64,000 nt of DNA from an uncultured Gammaproteobacteria bacterium (GTDB taxonomy: Bacteria > Patescibacteriota > Microgenomatia > UBA8517). Below are positions 20,597 through 30,053 of this stretch, in pieces (within the stretch, counting starts at the first letter, position 1; every line of letters begins with the position of its first letter). The DNA is taken from the NCBI GenBank assembly GCA_964617045.1, contig CAZTVZ010000002.1, forward strand, positions 76,095 through 140,094, given 5' to 3'. Position numbers and translations under genes: made by a program. The notes under the pieces were generated by a model. That model worked only from the letters and a program-made list of their open reading frames with translations, searched no databases and was not told where the DNA came from.

Positions 20597-21337
20597 ATGA
20601 AGAGAAACTCCAAAGTTGTTATAGTAATGCCGGCTTATAATGCCCAAAAAACGGTTAGGAATACTTTCAAAGAAATTCCTCCCAAATTCAGGAAACACAT
20701 AATACTTGTTGATGATAATTCAAAAGATTCCACTGTTAATGTTGCGAAGAAGTTGGGGATTAAAGTCTTTGAACATACCAACAATATCGGTTACGGCGGT
20801 AATCAAAAGACTTGTTATTGGGAGGCTCTGAAATTGAATCCGGATGTAATTGTAATGCTTCACCCTGATTATCAATACGACGCAACCCTTATTGAAGATC
20901 TGATAGACCCTATCCTTAAAGGAAAACGTGATTATATGTTTGGCAGCAGAATAAATAGTCGAGGACAAGCACTCAAAGGCGGAATGCCAATGCTAAAATA
21001 CATACTCAACCGAATTGATACCATTATCGAAAATATACTGTTGGGAGTTAATTTCAGTGAACATTTTTCCGGTTTTCGGGCGTATTCCAAAAAACTTCTT
21101 AAAAGAGTTCCTTTTCAGAGATTTTCCAACGATTTTGTTTTTGATCAACAAATTAAAGTGTCCGCAATCAGTTATGGCATGAAAATCGGAGAAATTCCTA
21201 TTCCTACGCGATATCACGAAAAATCTTCTTCAATTAATTATCTTAAGGGTGCAAAGTTTTTAATTGAAACTTATATTGTTATTTTCCTCTTTATGCTTCA
21301 CAAATCGGGAATACTAAAGTCAAGGTTGTTTAAATGA
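20597..21337 (+). CDS. GT2 polyprenol-phosphate glycosyltransferase (DPM1/GtrB-like sugar-phosphate-lipid synthase)
   Basis: ATG at 20597 (the track's GTG at 20558 lies inside the upstream gene). 'VVIVMPAYNAQKT', 'ILVDDNSKDST', 'FGSR', 'SGFRAYSKKLL'. No C-terminal TM domain. Confidence 0.6.
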   Translation: MKRNSKVVIVMPAYNAQKTVRNTFKEIPPKFRKHIILVDDNSKDSTVNVAKKLGIKVFEHTNNIGYGGNQKTCYWEALKLNPDVIVMLHPDYQYDATLIEDLIDPILKGKRDYMFGSRINSRGQALKGGMPMLKYILNRIDTIIENILLGVNFSEHFSGFRAYSKKLLKRVPFQRFSNDFVFDQQIKVSAISYGMKIGEIPIPTRYHEKSSSINYLKGAKFLIETYIVIFLFMLHKSGILKSRLFK

Positions 21338-21409
21338 TTAATTACGAGATACTCTTGAAAACACCATTTCTCAGCCATTTAGAGCCTTTTTGTATTAAAA
21401 TAGAATAGT

Positions 21410-23056
21410 ATGAAATCTAAACTGATTCAGTGGTTGCTTGTTACGGCAATTCTGCTTATTGGTTTTGCTGCAAGATTTTACAAAGTAACCGAAGTTCCTC
21501 CGTCATTGAATTGGGATGAGACATCTATTGCATACAACGCTTATTCGATTCTAACCTCAGGCAAGGACGAGTGGGGAGTTAGTTTCCCTTTAAATTTCAA
21601 ATCATACGGTGAATACAAATTACCGGTGCAAATATATGCTTCTATTCCTGGTATTTTTGTATTTGGACTTAATGAACTGGGGGTAAGAATAACTCCAATT
21701 GTTTACGGCACCCTCACCATTCTTCTCTTGTATTTTTTGGCGAAAGAACTGTTCGATAAAAAAGTTGCCTTGATATCCTCTTTCTTTTTAGCAATATCAC
21801 CCTGGCACATACAACTTACCAGGGCTTCGTTTGAATCCTCGTTTTCCGTATTATGGGTTCTGCTCGGACTACTTCTTCTTGTCAAAGGATTGAAAAAACC
21901 GTGGCTGTGGGTTTTATCCGTAATCCCATTTGCAATATCCGTTTATACATATAACAGTGCAAGAATATTCACACCCCTTATCATAATTGCTTTTGGTATT
22001 ATCTATTTCAAAAAAGTAATTCCCCATGTCAAACAAATTGTTGTATCGGGATTGTTGTTTTTTGGTTTAATGGCTCCAATTATTCTTTCGATATTCACGG
22101 GAGAAGCAGCTGCCAGATATAAGTTGGTTAGTGTTACGGACGAGAAGGGTCTAATACCGAGAATCGAACAGCAAAGAAACCTTTCAACATATCCCAAAGT
22201 GATAACAAATTTAATTCACAACAGATACACATACGTTGGTTATTATTCGATCAGAAACTATGTTTCTCATTTCGCTCCTGATTTCTTGTTTATTTCAGGG
22301 GCCGGTCATAAACAACATCATCCACAAAAAGTCGGAGAAATGTTTTTGATTCAAGCACCATTTGTAATCTGGGGAATCGTGCAACTGATAAGAAAGAAAA
22401 ATAAATACAACGGATTATTATTTGCTTGGTTATTGTTAACCTTTGTTCCCGTGTCTTTAACAAACGATAGTATTCCTCACGCGCTAAGAACCGTAATCGC
22501 AGCACCTATTTACCAAATATTTACAGCAGTTGGAATTGTTGAGCTTTTCAATTTATTAAAAGGCAAACGATTAATAGTTGCCTCTCTGATGTTGGGAATA
22601 GCAACGATTATTAGTTTCTATCTTTATTACCACCATTTAATTGTCGATTATCCCAGATTGTATTCCCAAGCTTGGCAATATGGCTATAAACAGGTTGTGG
22701 AATATATATCCGATCATGAAGACGAATATGATTTGGTGGTGTTTTCCAGATCCTATGGTGAGCCGCACATGTTTACATTATTTTTTAAGATGTACGACCC
22801 CGAAAGATATCAGAAAGCGGATAAAGTGATTCAGGTGGATCCTAACGATTGGATTAAAATATACAGTTTTGATAAATACAGGTTCCCGGATCTGAGCGAA
22901 CCGGGAACAATGTACAAAGATCTTGTTAAAGAAAACCCGGGTAAAGAGATATTATTTATCGGTAAACACGAAGACTTTGTTGACGGTCAAAAAGTACTTC
23001 TTAACGTTAAATTTTTGGATGGGCAGGATGCCTTCGACATCGTGGACAATAAATGA
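21410..23056 (+). CDS. GT-C glycosyltransferase, PMT_2/GT39-like (paralog 1)
   Basis: 'VPPSLNWDETSIAYNAYSILTSGKDEWG' DE motif, 'FGLNELGVR', 'ISGAGHKQHHP'. About 50% identical over the N-terminus to 23053..24666. Confidence 0.55.
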   Translation: MKSKLIQWLLVTAILLIGFAARFYKVTEVPPSLNWDETSIAYNAYSILTSGKDEWGVSFPLNFKSYGEYKLPVQIYASIPGIFVFGLNELGVRITPIVYGTLTILLLYFLAKELFDKKVALISSFFLAISPWHIQLTRASFESSFSVLWVLLGLLLLVKGLKKPWLWVLSVIPFAISVYTYNSARIFTPLIIIAFGIIYFKKVIPHVKQIVVSGLLFFGLMAPIILSIFTGEAAARYKLVSVTDEKGLIPRIEQQRNLSTYPKVITNLIHNRYTYVGYYSIRNYVSHFAPDFLFISGAGHKQHHPQKVGEMFLIQAPFVIWGIVQLIRKKNKYNGLLFAWLLLTFVPVSLTNDSIPHALRTVIAAPIYQIFTAVGIVELFNLLKGKRLIVASLMLGIATIISFYLYYHHLIVDYPRLYSQAWQYGYKQVVEYISDHEDEYDLVVFSRSYGEPHMFTLFFKMYDPERYQKADKVIQVDPNDWIKIYSFDKYRFPDLSEPGTMYKDLVKENPGKEILFIGKHEDFVDGQKVLLNVKFLDGQDAFDIVDNK

Positions 23057-24666
23057 AAATTATTTCGAAAATCATTTTACTTTTGATCATTCTTTCGGGA
23101 ATATTTTTGAGATTTTATAAATTGGAAAGTGTTCCCCCGTCGTTATCATGGGATGAAGCATCTTTTTCTTATAATGCATACACAATTGCGAACTGGGGCA
23201 AAGACGAATGGGGAAAAGTACTTCCCTTTGCTTTCAAATCGTTTGGAGAGTACAAAAACCCGGTTGATATATATATCGCAGTACCCTTCATTAAAGTATT
23301 TGGCCTTAACGAATTGGGAACCAGATTCCCGGCGGCATTGTTTGGAGCGGTAAACATCTTACTAGTCTATTTATTGGGAAAAAGACTTTTCAAAAACGAA
23401 GTCGTTGGTCTTTTTGCTGCATTTTCTTTTGCCATTTCACCATATAACATTCAATTTTCCAGACACCATCATGAACTTAATATTGCTTTGTTTTTCTATC
23501 TCCTTGGTCTTTGGTCTATCATCGGTGCAATTAATAAAGACAAGGTAAAAGGAATGATCTTGGGTTTTGTCAGTTTGGCTATTCCTCTTCTAACATATAA
23601 TGCCGCCAAGATAATTATTCCTCTTACGGTGTTGGGACTCTCAATTATATATTTCAAATATTTTATTAAACATTTAAAGTATTCGTTCGTTGCGGGAATA
23701 ATAGTGCTTGGCATATTCCTCTTTACTTTTTTTGGAGGAGGTTTGTCTGGCAGATCCAGATTATCCCAGGTTGCATTTAAACAGACAGATATCGAACAAA
23801 CATATTTATACAAGAAAACAAAAATTAGAAGGTTGGGACAAATAGAACTTGTTTTCAAGCAATATCCTTTGCATTTTTCAAGCGAATATCTTCTTGAAAG
23901 AGGAGACAAAAACTATAGACATTCAACAGGTGTGATAGGTGAGTATTATAAAATGGACGTTTTTTTGATGCTTCTCGGATTGGGTTATCTGGGATACCTG
24001 ATAATAAAAAAGAAATCGAAAGAAGCACTCCTTTTGTTGGGGGTTATTCTTATTGCCCCTCTTCCTTCTTCTATTGCCAGTGAGGCACCACATGCAGGAA
24101 GAACTATGTTTATGAACGGTTCTTGGCATATCCTGGTCGGTTTGGGATTTATGTTTCTTGTTTCCCAATTAAAACAAAAATTGGTTAAATGGTTGGTTAT
24201 CGGTCTACTGTTGGCAGGTTATGGATTTCAAATGTACGGATATCTGGATTTTCTTTTCAACGATTATGCGAAAAAATATGCAATTGATTGGCAGTACGGA
24301 ATGAAACAGATCGTCGAAACAATTAAAAAACAGGATCCCGAATCCGTACAAAGCGTATATATGACAATAGACAGATGTCAGCCACACATATTCTTTTTGT
24401 ATTATCTCGGTACCGACGTAAATTCGTACAATAAAACAATGATTGTAAATGAAGGACCGAAAAGCGGATGCGAAATAATTAATTCTTTCGAAAAATACAA
24501 TTTCGGAACATGGGATTTCGTGTGGTCCAGACCAATTCAGGGTGTTTATTATGTTTTAACACCAAATGAATATTCGGGACTTGCACACATCAACGATTTC
24601 ACCGTTATTGAAAAGATTCAATATCCTGACGGATCGGATGCATATTTTATCGTTACTTCCTACTGA
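23053..24666 (+). CDS. GT-C glycosyltransferase, PMT_2/GT39-like (paralog 2)
   Basis: ATGA overlap. 'VPPSLSWDEASFSYNAYTIANWGKDEWG', 'FGLNELGTR', 'ERGDKNYRHS'. Confidence 0.55.
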   Translation: MKIISKIILLLIILSGIFLRFYKLESVPPSLSWDEASFSYNAYTIANWGKDEWGKVLPFAFKSFGEYKNPVDIYIAVPFIKVFGLNELGTRFPAALFGAVNILLVYLLGKRLFKNEVVGLFAAFSFAISPYNIQFSRHHHELNIALFFYLLGLWSIIGAINKDKVKGMILGFVSLAIPLLTYNAAKIIIPLTVLGLSIIYFKYFIKHLKYSFVAGIIVLGIFLFTFFGGGLSGRSRLSQVAFKQTDIEQTYLYKKTKIRRLGQIELVFKQYPLHFSSEYLLERGDKNYRHSTGVIGEYYKMDVFLMLLGLGYLGYLIIKKKSKEALLLLGVILIAPLPSSIASEAPHAGRTMFMNGSWHILVGLGFMFLVSQLKQKLVKWLVIGLLLAGYGFQMYGYLDFLFNDYAKKYAIDWQYGMKQIVETIKKQDPESVQSVYMTIDRCQPHIFFLYYLGTDVNSYNKTMIVNEGPKSGCEIINSFEKYNFGTWDFVWSRPIQGVYYVLTPNEYSGLAHINDFTVIEKIQYPDGSDAYFIVTSY

Positions 24667-24707
24667 CAATCTTCCAATTCCATAATATTGTCGTATAATT
24701 GGCCATA

Positions 24708-25973
24708 ATGAAAGTTGCAATAATAGGCGCCGGCTTTGTTGGATTAAGTGCTGCCTTAAATTTGTTGGAAAAAGATGTAGATGTAACATTGTTTGAGAAG
24801 GACTCAATTCCCGGAGGTTTGGCCAACGGATTTAAGGAACCGGAATGGAGATGGAGTTTGGAAAAACATTATCATCATATATTTACTTCTGACAAAATTG
24901 TTCTTGATCTGGCAAATAAAGTAGGACAGAGAATAATATTCAATACACCCGAAACACTCTCCTTTTACGAAGGGGAAGCATTCAGATTGGACAGTCCAAT
25001 GTCTCTACTCGAATTTGGAAAGATTAGTTTTGCCGATAGGGTTAGAACTGGAATTATTCTTCTTTATCTAAAAATTACTTCCGATTGGAAAAAACTGGAA
25101 AGTATTACCGCCGAGAGTTTTATCACAAAATGGATGGGTGAAAAATCGTGGGAAATATTGTGGAAACCACTCTTTGTAAAAAAGTTCGGTAAAGAATATA
25201 AAAAAATACCGGCATCCTGGTTTTGGGCAAGAATTAAAAAAAGAAGTCAGTCATTGGGATATCCGGAAGGAGGGTTTGATTCTTTTTCGGGGAAAATTGC
25301 CGATAAGATAATAAAGAAAAAGGGAGTAATTAAATATCGTGAATTTGTTAAATCCATTAAACCCCACAAAGAAGGGTTTTCGATTGAAACGAACAAGAAT
25401 AAATACTCTTTTGACAAGGTAATATGTACTTTGCCCTCTTCATTGTTTGTAAAAATGGTAAAAGGATTGCCACAGAAATACACAGACAAACTGTTGGGGT
25501 TAAAAGGAATAGGTGCAGTTAACCTAATAATTGAACTTGAGAAACCGTTTATGAAAGGATACTGGTTGAGCATCAACGATATGGATATTCCTTTCCTTTG
25601 TGTCGTGGAACAAACAAATTACATGGAAAGAAGGTATTACGATGGATCAAGGATTTTATATGTGGGGAATTATTTACCTGCAAATCATGAATACTTCGAT
25701 TTAAATGCAAGGCAAATATTAAGTAGATACATGAAGGGGTTGAAACAAATAAATCCCGATTTCAACTACGACTGGATTAAAAGCTTAAAAGTTTTTAAGG
25801 CACCATATGCACAACCGCTGGTGGAAAAAAATTATTCGAAGAAGATACCGGATCTGAAGACTCCCTTAAGGAATCTGTTCTTGGCAAATATCGAACAGGT
25901 GTATCCCTGGGATAGGGGAACCAATTATTCCGTTGAACTTGGTTCTAAAGTTGCCGAGCTTACCCTGGAATAA
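24708..25973 (+). CDS. FAD/NAD(P)-binding oxidoreductase, UDP-galactopyranose-mutase-like/amine-oxidase-like flavoprotein
   Basis: ATG at 24708 gives 'MKVAIIGAGFVGLSAA' (Rossmann GxGxxG); the track's TTG at 24699 is less likely. 'EKD...GGLANGF' and 'HYHHIFTSD' resemble the Glf 'GAHIFHTND' region. Confidence 0.5.
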   Translation: MKVAIIGAGFVGLSAALNLLEKDVDVTLFEKDSIPGGLANGFKEPEWRWSLEKHYHHIFTSDKIVLDLANKVGQRIIFNTPETLSFYEGEAFRLDSPMSLLEFGKISFADRVRTGIILLYLKITSDWKKLESITAESFITKWMGEKSWEILWKPLFVKKFGKEYKKIPASWFWARIKKRSQSLGYPEGGFDSFSGKIADKIIKKKGVIKYREFVKSIKPHKEGFSIETNKNKYSFDKVICTLPSSLFVKMVKGLPQKYTDKLLGLKGIGAVNLIIELEKPFMKGYWLSINDMDIPFLCVVEQTNYMERRYYDGSRILYVGNYLPANHEYFDLNARQILSRYMKGLKQINPDFNYDWIKSLKVFKAPYAQPLVEKNYSKKIPDLKTPLRNLFLANIEQVYPWDRGTNYSVELGSKVAELTLE

Positions 25974-25987
25974 TATACTTCATATAT

Positions 25988-26854
25988 ATGGCCAAGATTT
26001 CGGTTGTTCTTGCTACCCGTAATGAAGAATCTAATATTGCGGGATGTTTGAATTCGGTTAAAGATTTTGCTTCGGAAATGATCGTTGTAGACGAGGGATC
26101 TTCAGATAAAACGGTAGATATCGCCAAATCTTTGGGTGCAAAAGTTGAAATTGTACGTCACGAAACGATTTTCCACAAAACAAAACAAAAAGCCCTTGAT
26201 CTTGCTACCGGTGAGTGGATACTTCAAATGGACGCAGACGAACGGGTAAGCAGCAGGTTGGGTAAAGAGATCAAACAAATAGTACACATGTCAGAAGAAG
26301 AACTGAATGATTATCAGGACGAAGTATTAAACAACAAACTATTTAGAAAACATCAAGCATTGATTGCGAAGAGAGATGGAAAGATAGGGACAGAAAGTGG
26401 TCCTTATTATGCATTTTTTGTTCCAAGACTAAATTATTTTTTGGGTAAATATTTGAGATACGGTGGGGTATACCCGGATGGTGTAATCAGACTTGTAAGA
26501 AAAGGAAAAGCATTCTTTCCGGCCAAGGATGTTCATGAACAAATGACCGTATTGGGCAAAGTGGGTTGGTTGAAAAACGATTTGATTCATATGGCCGACC
26601 CGACATTCAAAAGATATCTTGAAAGAAACTCGAGATATGTAAATCTTCTTTCGCTGGAGCTAAAAAGCAACAAGGTAAAAAAGAACCTGTTTACTTTCTT
26701 GGATTATATGTTTATCAAACCTGCTTATTGGTTAATATTGACTCAAATCAGACACAAAGGAATATTGGATGGTTGGCAGGGTATGGTGTTTTCTTTTTTC
26801 TCGGCATTAAGGTTTCCGAAAGCATATATTAAATACTTAAAAATCAATGATTAA
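25988..26854 (+). CDS. Glycosyltransferase family 2 (WaaE-like)
   Basis: 'ISVVLATRNEESNI', 'MIVVDEGSSDKT', 'QMDADERV', 'GGVYPDGVIRLVRK'. Confidence 0.75.
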   Translation: MAKISVVLATRNEESNIAGCLNSVKDFASEMIVVDEGSSDKTVDIAKSLGAKVEIVRHETIFHKTKQKALDLATGEWILQMDADERVSSRLGKEIKQIVHMSEEELNDYQDEVLNNKLFRKHQALIAKRDGKIGTESGPYYAFFVPRLNYFLGKYLRYGGVYPDGVIRLVRKGKAFFPAKDVHEQMTVLGKVGWLKNDLIHMADPTFKRYLERNSRYVNLLSLELKSNKVKKNLFTFLDYMFIKPAYWLILTQIRHKGILDGWQGMVFSFFSALRFPKAYIKYLKIND

Positions 26855-27893
26855 AGTTGCTATAGATTCAGGTCCCTTAAAAAGCGGAGATTCTGTGAGG
26901 GGTATTGGATTTCATACAAAACTTCTGACAGAACATATGACCAAAGTTAAAGATGTGAGATTCGATATCGTTGATGTCAGAAAAGAAAACCTCGATTCCT
27001 ATGATTTAATCCACTACCAGAAATTCCACCCGTATTTCCTGAGCATTCCATTAACTAAGAAGAAAAAGAGTGTGATCACGATACACGATCTTATATACCT
27101 CCTTTATCCCGATAAATATCCTTCGGGTATTAGAGGAAGAATAATATACGAAATGCAAAAGATATTGGTTAAAAGAATGGATGCAATAATAACCATATCG
27201 GAAACGTCTAAGAAGGATATTGTAAGATTTCTTGGAATTCCGGCTGAAAAGATATTCCCCGTTCATTTGGCGGCAAGGGATACGTTTAAGGTAATAACCA
27301 ATCAAAAATATCTCGATAGTGTAAAGAAGAAATATGCTTTACCGGAGAAATTTGTTTTGTATGTTGGTGATGTTAATTACAATAAAAATTTACCTACTTT
27401 ATGCAAAGCCGTAAAAGCAGCAAAGACAACGCTTGTAATTGTAGGTAAACAAGCAGTAAGTAAAGATTTTGATAAGAATCATCCGGAGAACAAATCCTTG
27501 GTTAAACTTCTTAAAGAGTACGGAAACGACAAGGCGATTAAAAGATTGGGGTTTGTAGACGACGAAGATCTTGTTGCAATATATAACTTGGCAACCGTAT
27601 ATGTACAACCCTCGTTCTATGAGGGATTTGGACTCCCACTTTTGGAGGCTTTCGCATGCAAGCTGCCCGTTATTGCATCAAAAATACAAGCGCATGTGGA
27701 AATCGGAGGAGAAGCTCCTTTGTATGTTGATCCGAAAAAATATGAAGATTTTTCGGAAAAGATAAGAATGGTAATGAACGACGAGAAATTAAGAAAAGAT
27801 ATGATATCAAAAGGTCTTGATAAAGTTTCGGAATACTCATGGGACAAAACTGCAAATGAAACGGCTGAAGTCTATCGCAAAATCACTCAATGA
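26847..27893 (+). CDS. Glycosyltransferase family 4
   Basis: 'YEGFGLPLLEAFACKLPVIAS' GT4 motif. 8-nt overlap upstream. Confidence 0.7.
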   Translation: MIKVAIDSGPLKSGDSVRGIGFHTKLLTEHMTKVKDVRFDIVDVRKENLDSYDLIHYQKFHPYFLSIPLTKKKKSVITIHDLIYLLYPDKYPSGIRGRIIYEMQKILVKRMDAIITISETSKKDIVRFLGIPAEKIFPVHLAARDTFKVITNQKYLDSVKKKYALPEKFVLYVGDVNYNKNLPTLCKAVKAAKTTLVIVGKQAVSKDFDKNHPENKSLVKLLKEYGNDKAIKRLGFVDDEDLVAIYNLATVYVQPSFYEGFGLPLLEAFACKLPVIASKIQAHVEIGGEAPLYVDPKKYEDFSEKIRMVMNDEKLRKDMISKGLDKVSEYSWDKTANETAEVYRKITQ

Positions 27894-29055
27894 TTTTCAG
27901 AAAATATTAATCCTCTTTTTGGTTTGGAGGGTCGTACTGTTTGTAATTGCGTATCTTGCAACGATATTTATCCCAACATGGGGAGGTTGGTATCCGTATG
28001 TTGAGAGGTCTCTTGAAATAACGGGACTTCCGTCGTGGATATGGGGATTTGGAGGGTTTGACGGTGTGCATTACCTTCGGATTGCACAAAACGGTTATGT
28101 TACCGGTTCTCAGGCATTTTTCCCCATATATCCTGTTGTTATCAATTTGTTAAGTAGAATTATTCCTGTTGCTAATTATTATGATCCTCAGTTTTTTGTG
28201 AATACCAATTTCTTTTATGCTGGAATGATAATCTCAAATTTGATATTTATTCCGGCTCTGTGGGTTGTAAAAAAACTATTTGATACATATACCGAAAGTA
28301 GATATTCATGGTTGGCAATTATACTTCTTCTTGTTTTTCCTACGTCATTTTACTTTGGAGCGATATATACGGAGTCGATATTTCTCTTTTTTGCAGCAAG
28401 TACACTCTACTTTTACAAGAAAGGTAATTATTTTCTTGCAGGATTGTTCGGAATACTTACCTCCGCTACAAAGATTGTTGGTATCGCCATCCCCGGAATA
28501 ATGATAATAGATGCCTTAATTGGGCTTTGGAAAAGAGAGATGAAAGGGAAGAATTGGAGAACGCTCTTTTCGGGTATCGTGGGATCATTGGGGCTTCTTT
28601 CCTATATGGCTTATCTTCAGGTTAAATTTGGTGATGCACTTCTTTTTTTGAATTCTCAACCAATGTTTGGTGCAGGAAGAAGCGCAGAGCCGGTGATAAC
28701 TCTTCCTCAAGTATTCTATAGATATTTCAAGATTCTTTCGTCAATTCCGCCAACCGAGATGAGATTCTATAACGCATTGTTTGAACTTCTGCTCACAATA
28801 ACAATTTTGGTTGTACTGCTGGTTTCTGTTAAAAAAATTAAATTCAGTTATTGGTTGGCAACTCTTGCAATGATAATTGTACCTACTTTAACGGGCACAT
28901 TTTCTTCAATGCCTAGATACATCCTGGTAGCATTCTTATTGTTTCCGTTTATTGCCAGCAGGCTCAAAAAAGCCTATACTCCAGTTGCAATCGCCCTGGG
29001 GATCCTGGGCGTTATTTGTATCGCCCTATTTACCAAGGGATATTGGGTAGCTTAA
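27856..29055 (+). CDS. PIG-V/Gpi18-like (GT76-like) mannosyltransferase-type polytopic membrane protein
   Basis: First ATG in the track ORF (the track begins at TTG 27817). 'GGFDGVHYLRIAQNGYVTGSQAFFPIYPVV' matches the PIG-V 'D..HYL.IA..GY...AFFP.FP' signature. About 9 TM segments. Confidence 0.5.
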   Translation: MKRLKSIAKSLNDFQKILILFLVWRVVLFVIAYLATIFIPTWGGWYPYVERSLEITGLPSWIWGFGGFDGVHYLRIAQNGYVTGSQAFFPIYPVVINLLSRIIPVANYYDPQFFVNTNFFYAGMIISNLIFIPALWVVKKLFDTYTESRYSWLAIILLLVFPTSFYFGAIYTESIFLFFAASTLYFYKKGNYFLAGLFGILTSATKIVGIAIPGIMIIDALIGLWKREMKGKNWRTLFSGIVGSLGLLSYMAYLQVKFGDALLFLNSQPMFGAGRSAEPVITLPQVFYRYFKILSSIPPTEMRFYNALFELLLTITILVVLLVSVKKIKFSYWLATLAMIIVPTLTGTFSSMPRYILVAFLLFPFIASRLKKAYTPVAIALGILGVICIALFTKGYWVA

Positions 29056-29712
29056 ATGAAAATATATATTGTAGTTCCGGCTTACAACGAAGGAAAACGT
29101 ATCGGAAAAGTTCTTAAAGAACTAAAAGCTCAAAGACTTCCCGTTATTGTTGTTGACGATGGCTCCAAAGATAATACCTACAAAGAAGCTTTAAAAAGTA
29201 AATATCTTGTATTAAAACACAGAATTAATTTGGGTAAGGGTGCTGCAATGAAAACAGGTGCAATGGCAGCGTTCAAATTGGGAGCTGATGCCGTTATCTT
29301 TATGGATTCGGATGGACAACACAAGGTTGAAGATTTGCCAAATTTTACTAAAGCCTTGAATACAAAGACCGATATTGTTTTTGGTTCACGAAATCTGGGT
29401 TTAAAAATGCCTTTTGTAAGATTTGCTGGGAATAAGGTTGCTTCAGTTTTTGTAAATATTCTATTTGGAATTTATGTCTCCGACTTGGTGTGTGGTTTTA
29501 GGGCAATTACGAAAAAGGCGTTTACCAAAATAATGTGGGAATCTACGGGATATGGAGTCGAAACCGAAATGGTAATTCGTACCGCAAAGTCGGGTTTAAT
29601 GCATTGTGAAGTACCCGTTAAGACGGTATACTATGACCAGTATAAGGGTGTTAGCATTATGGATGCTTTTGACATCCTTTTTAGTGTTTTAAGATGGAGA
29701 ATTAAATTATGA
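29056..29712 (+). CDS. GT2 polyprenol-phosphate glycosyltransferase (DPM1/GtrB-like)
   Basis: 'IYIVVPAYNEGKRI', 'VIVVDDGSKDNT', 'FMDSDGQH', 'FGSRNLG', 'CGFRAITKKAF'. Confidence 0.65.
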   Translation: MKIYIVVPAYNEGKRIGKVLKELKAQRLPVIVVDDGSKDNTYKEALKSKYLVLKHRINLGKGAAMKTGAMAAFKLGADAVIFMDSDGQHKVEDLPNFTKALNTKTDIVFGSRNLGLKMPFVRFAGNKVASVFVNILFGIYVSDLVCGFRAITKKAFTKIMWESTGYGVETEMVIRTAKSGLMHCEVPVKTVYYDQYKGVSIMDAFDILFSVLRWRIKL

Positions 29713-30053
29713 TTTTGGGATTACAGGTAGCAGCAATAGTATTTTCATTGACCATGATTTATTTGGCCGTGCTTCACTTTAAAAAAGGCGAAATTGATTC
29801 AATGGAAATTGCATCATGGATTGTGATTTGGGTCATCACAATTTTGATTGTGATATTCCCTGATATCGTAAGAGTTTTTGCTCAATCCTTTGCTGTATCA
29901 AGACTGCTTGACCTTCTTATCGCCGGCGGGTTTGTTCTTGTTATTTCAATGGTTGCATCAACTTATGTTAAATCCAGAAGAATTGAGAAAAAACTTGAAG
30001 ATTTTATCCGAAAAGAAGCCTTGAAAAATATTGATAAGAAAAGCAAGAAATGA
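29709..30053 (+). CDS. Small 3-4 TM membrane protein (DUF2304-like partner of polyprenol-P glycosyltransferases)
   Basis: ATGA overlap with the DPM1-like gene. 114 aa with hydrophobic segments and a basic C-terminal tail. Confidence 0.4.
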   Translation: MILGLQVAAIVFSLTMIYLAVLHFKKGEIDSMEIASWIVIWVITILIVIFPDIVRVFAQSFAVSRLLDLLIAGGFVLVISMVASTYVKSRRIEKKLEDFIRKEALKNIDKKSKK

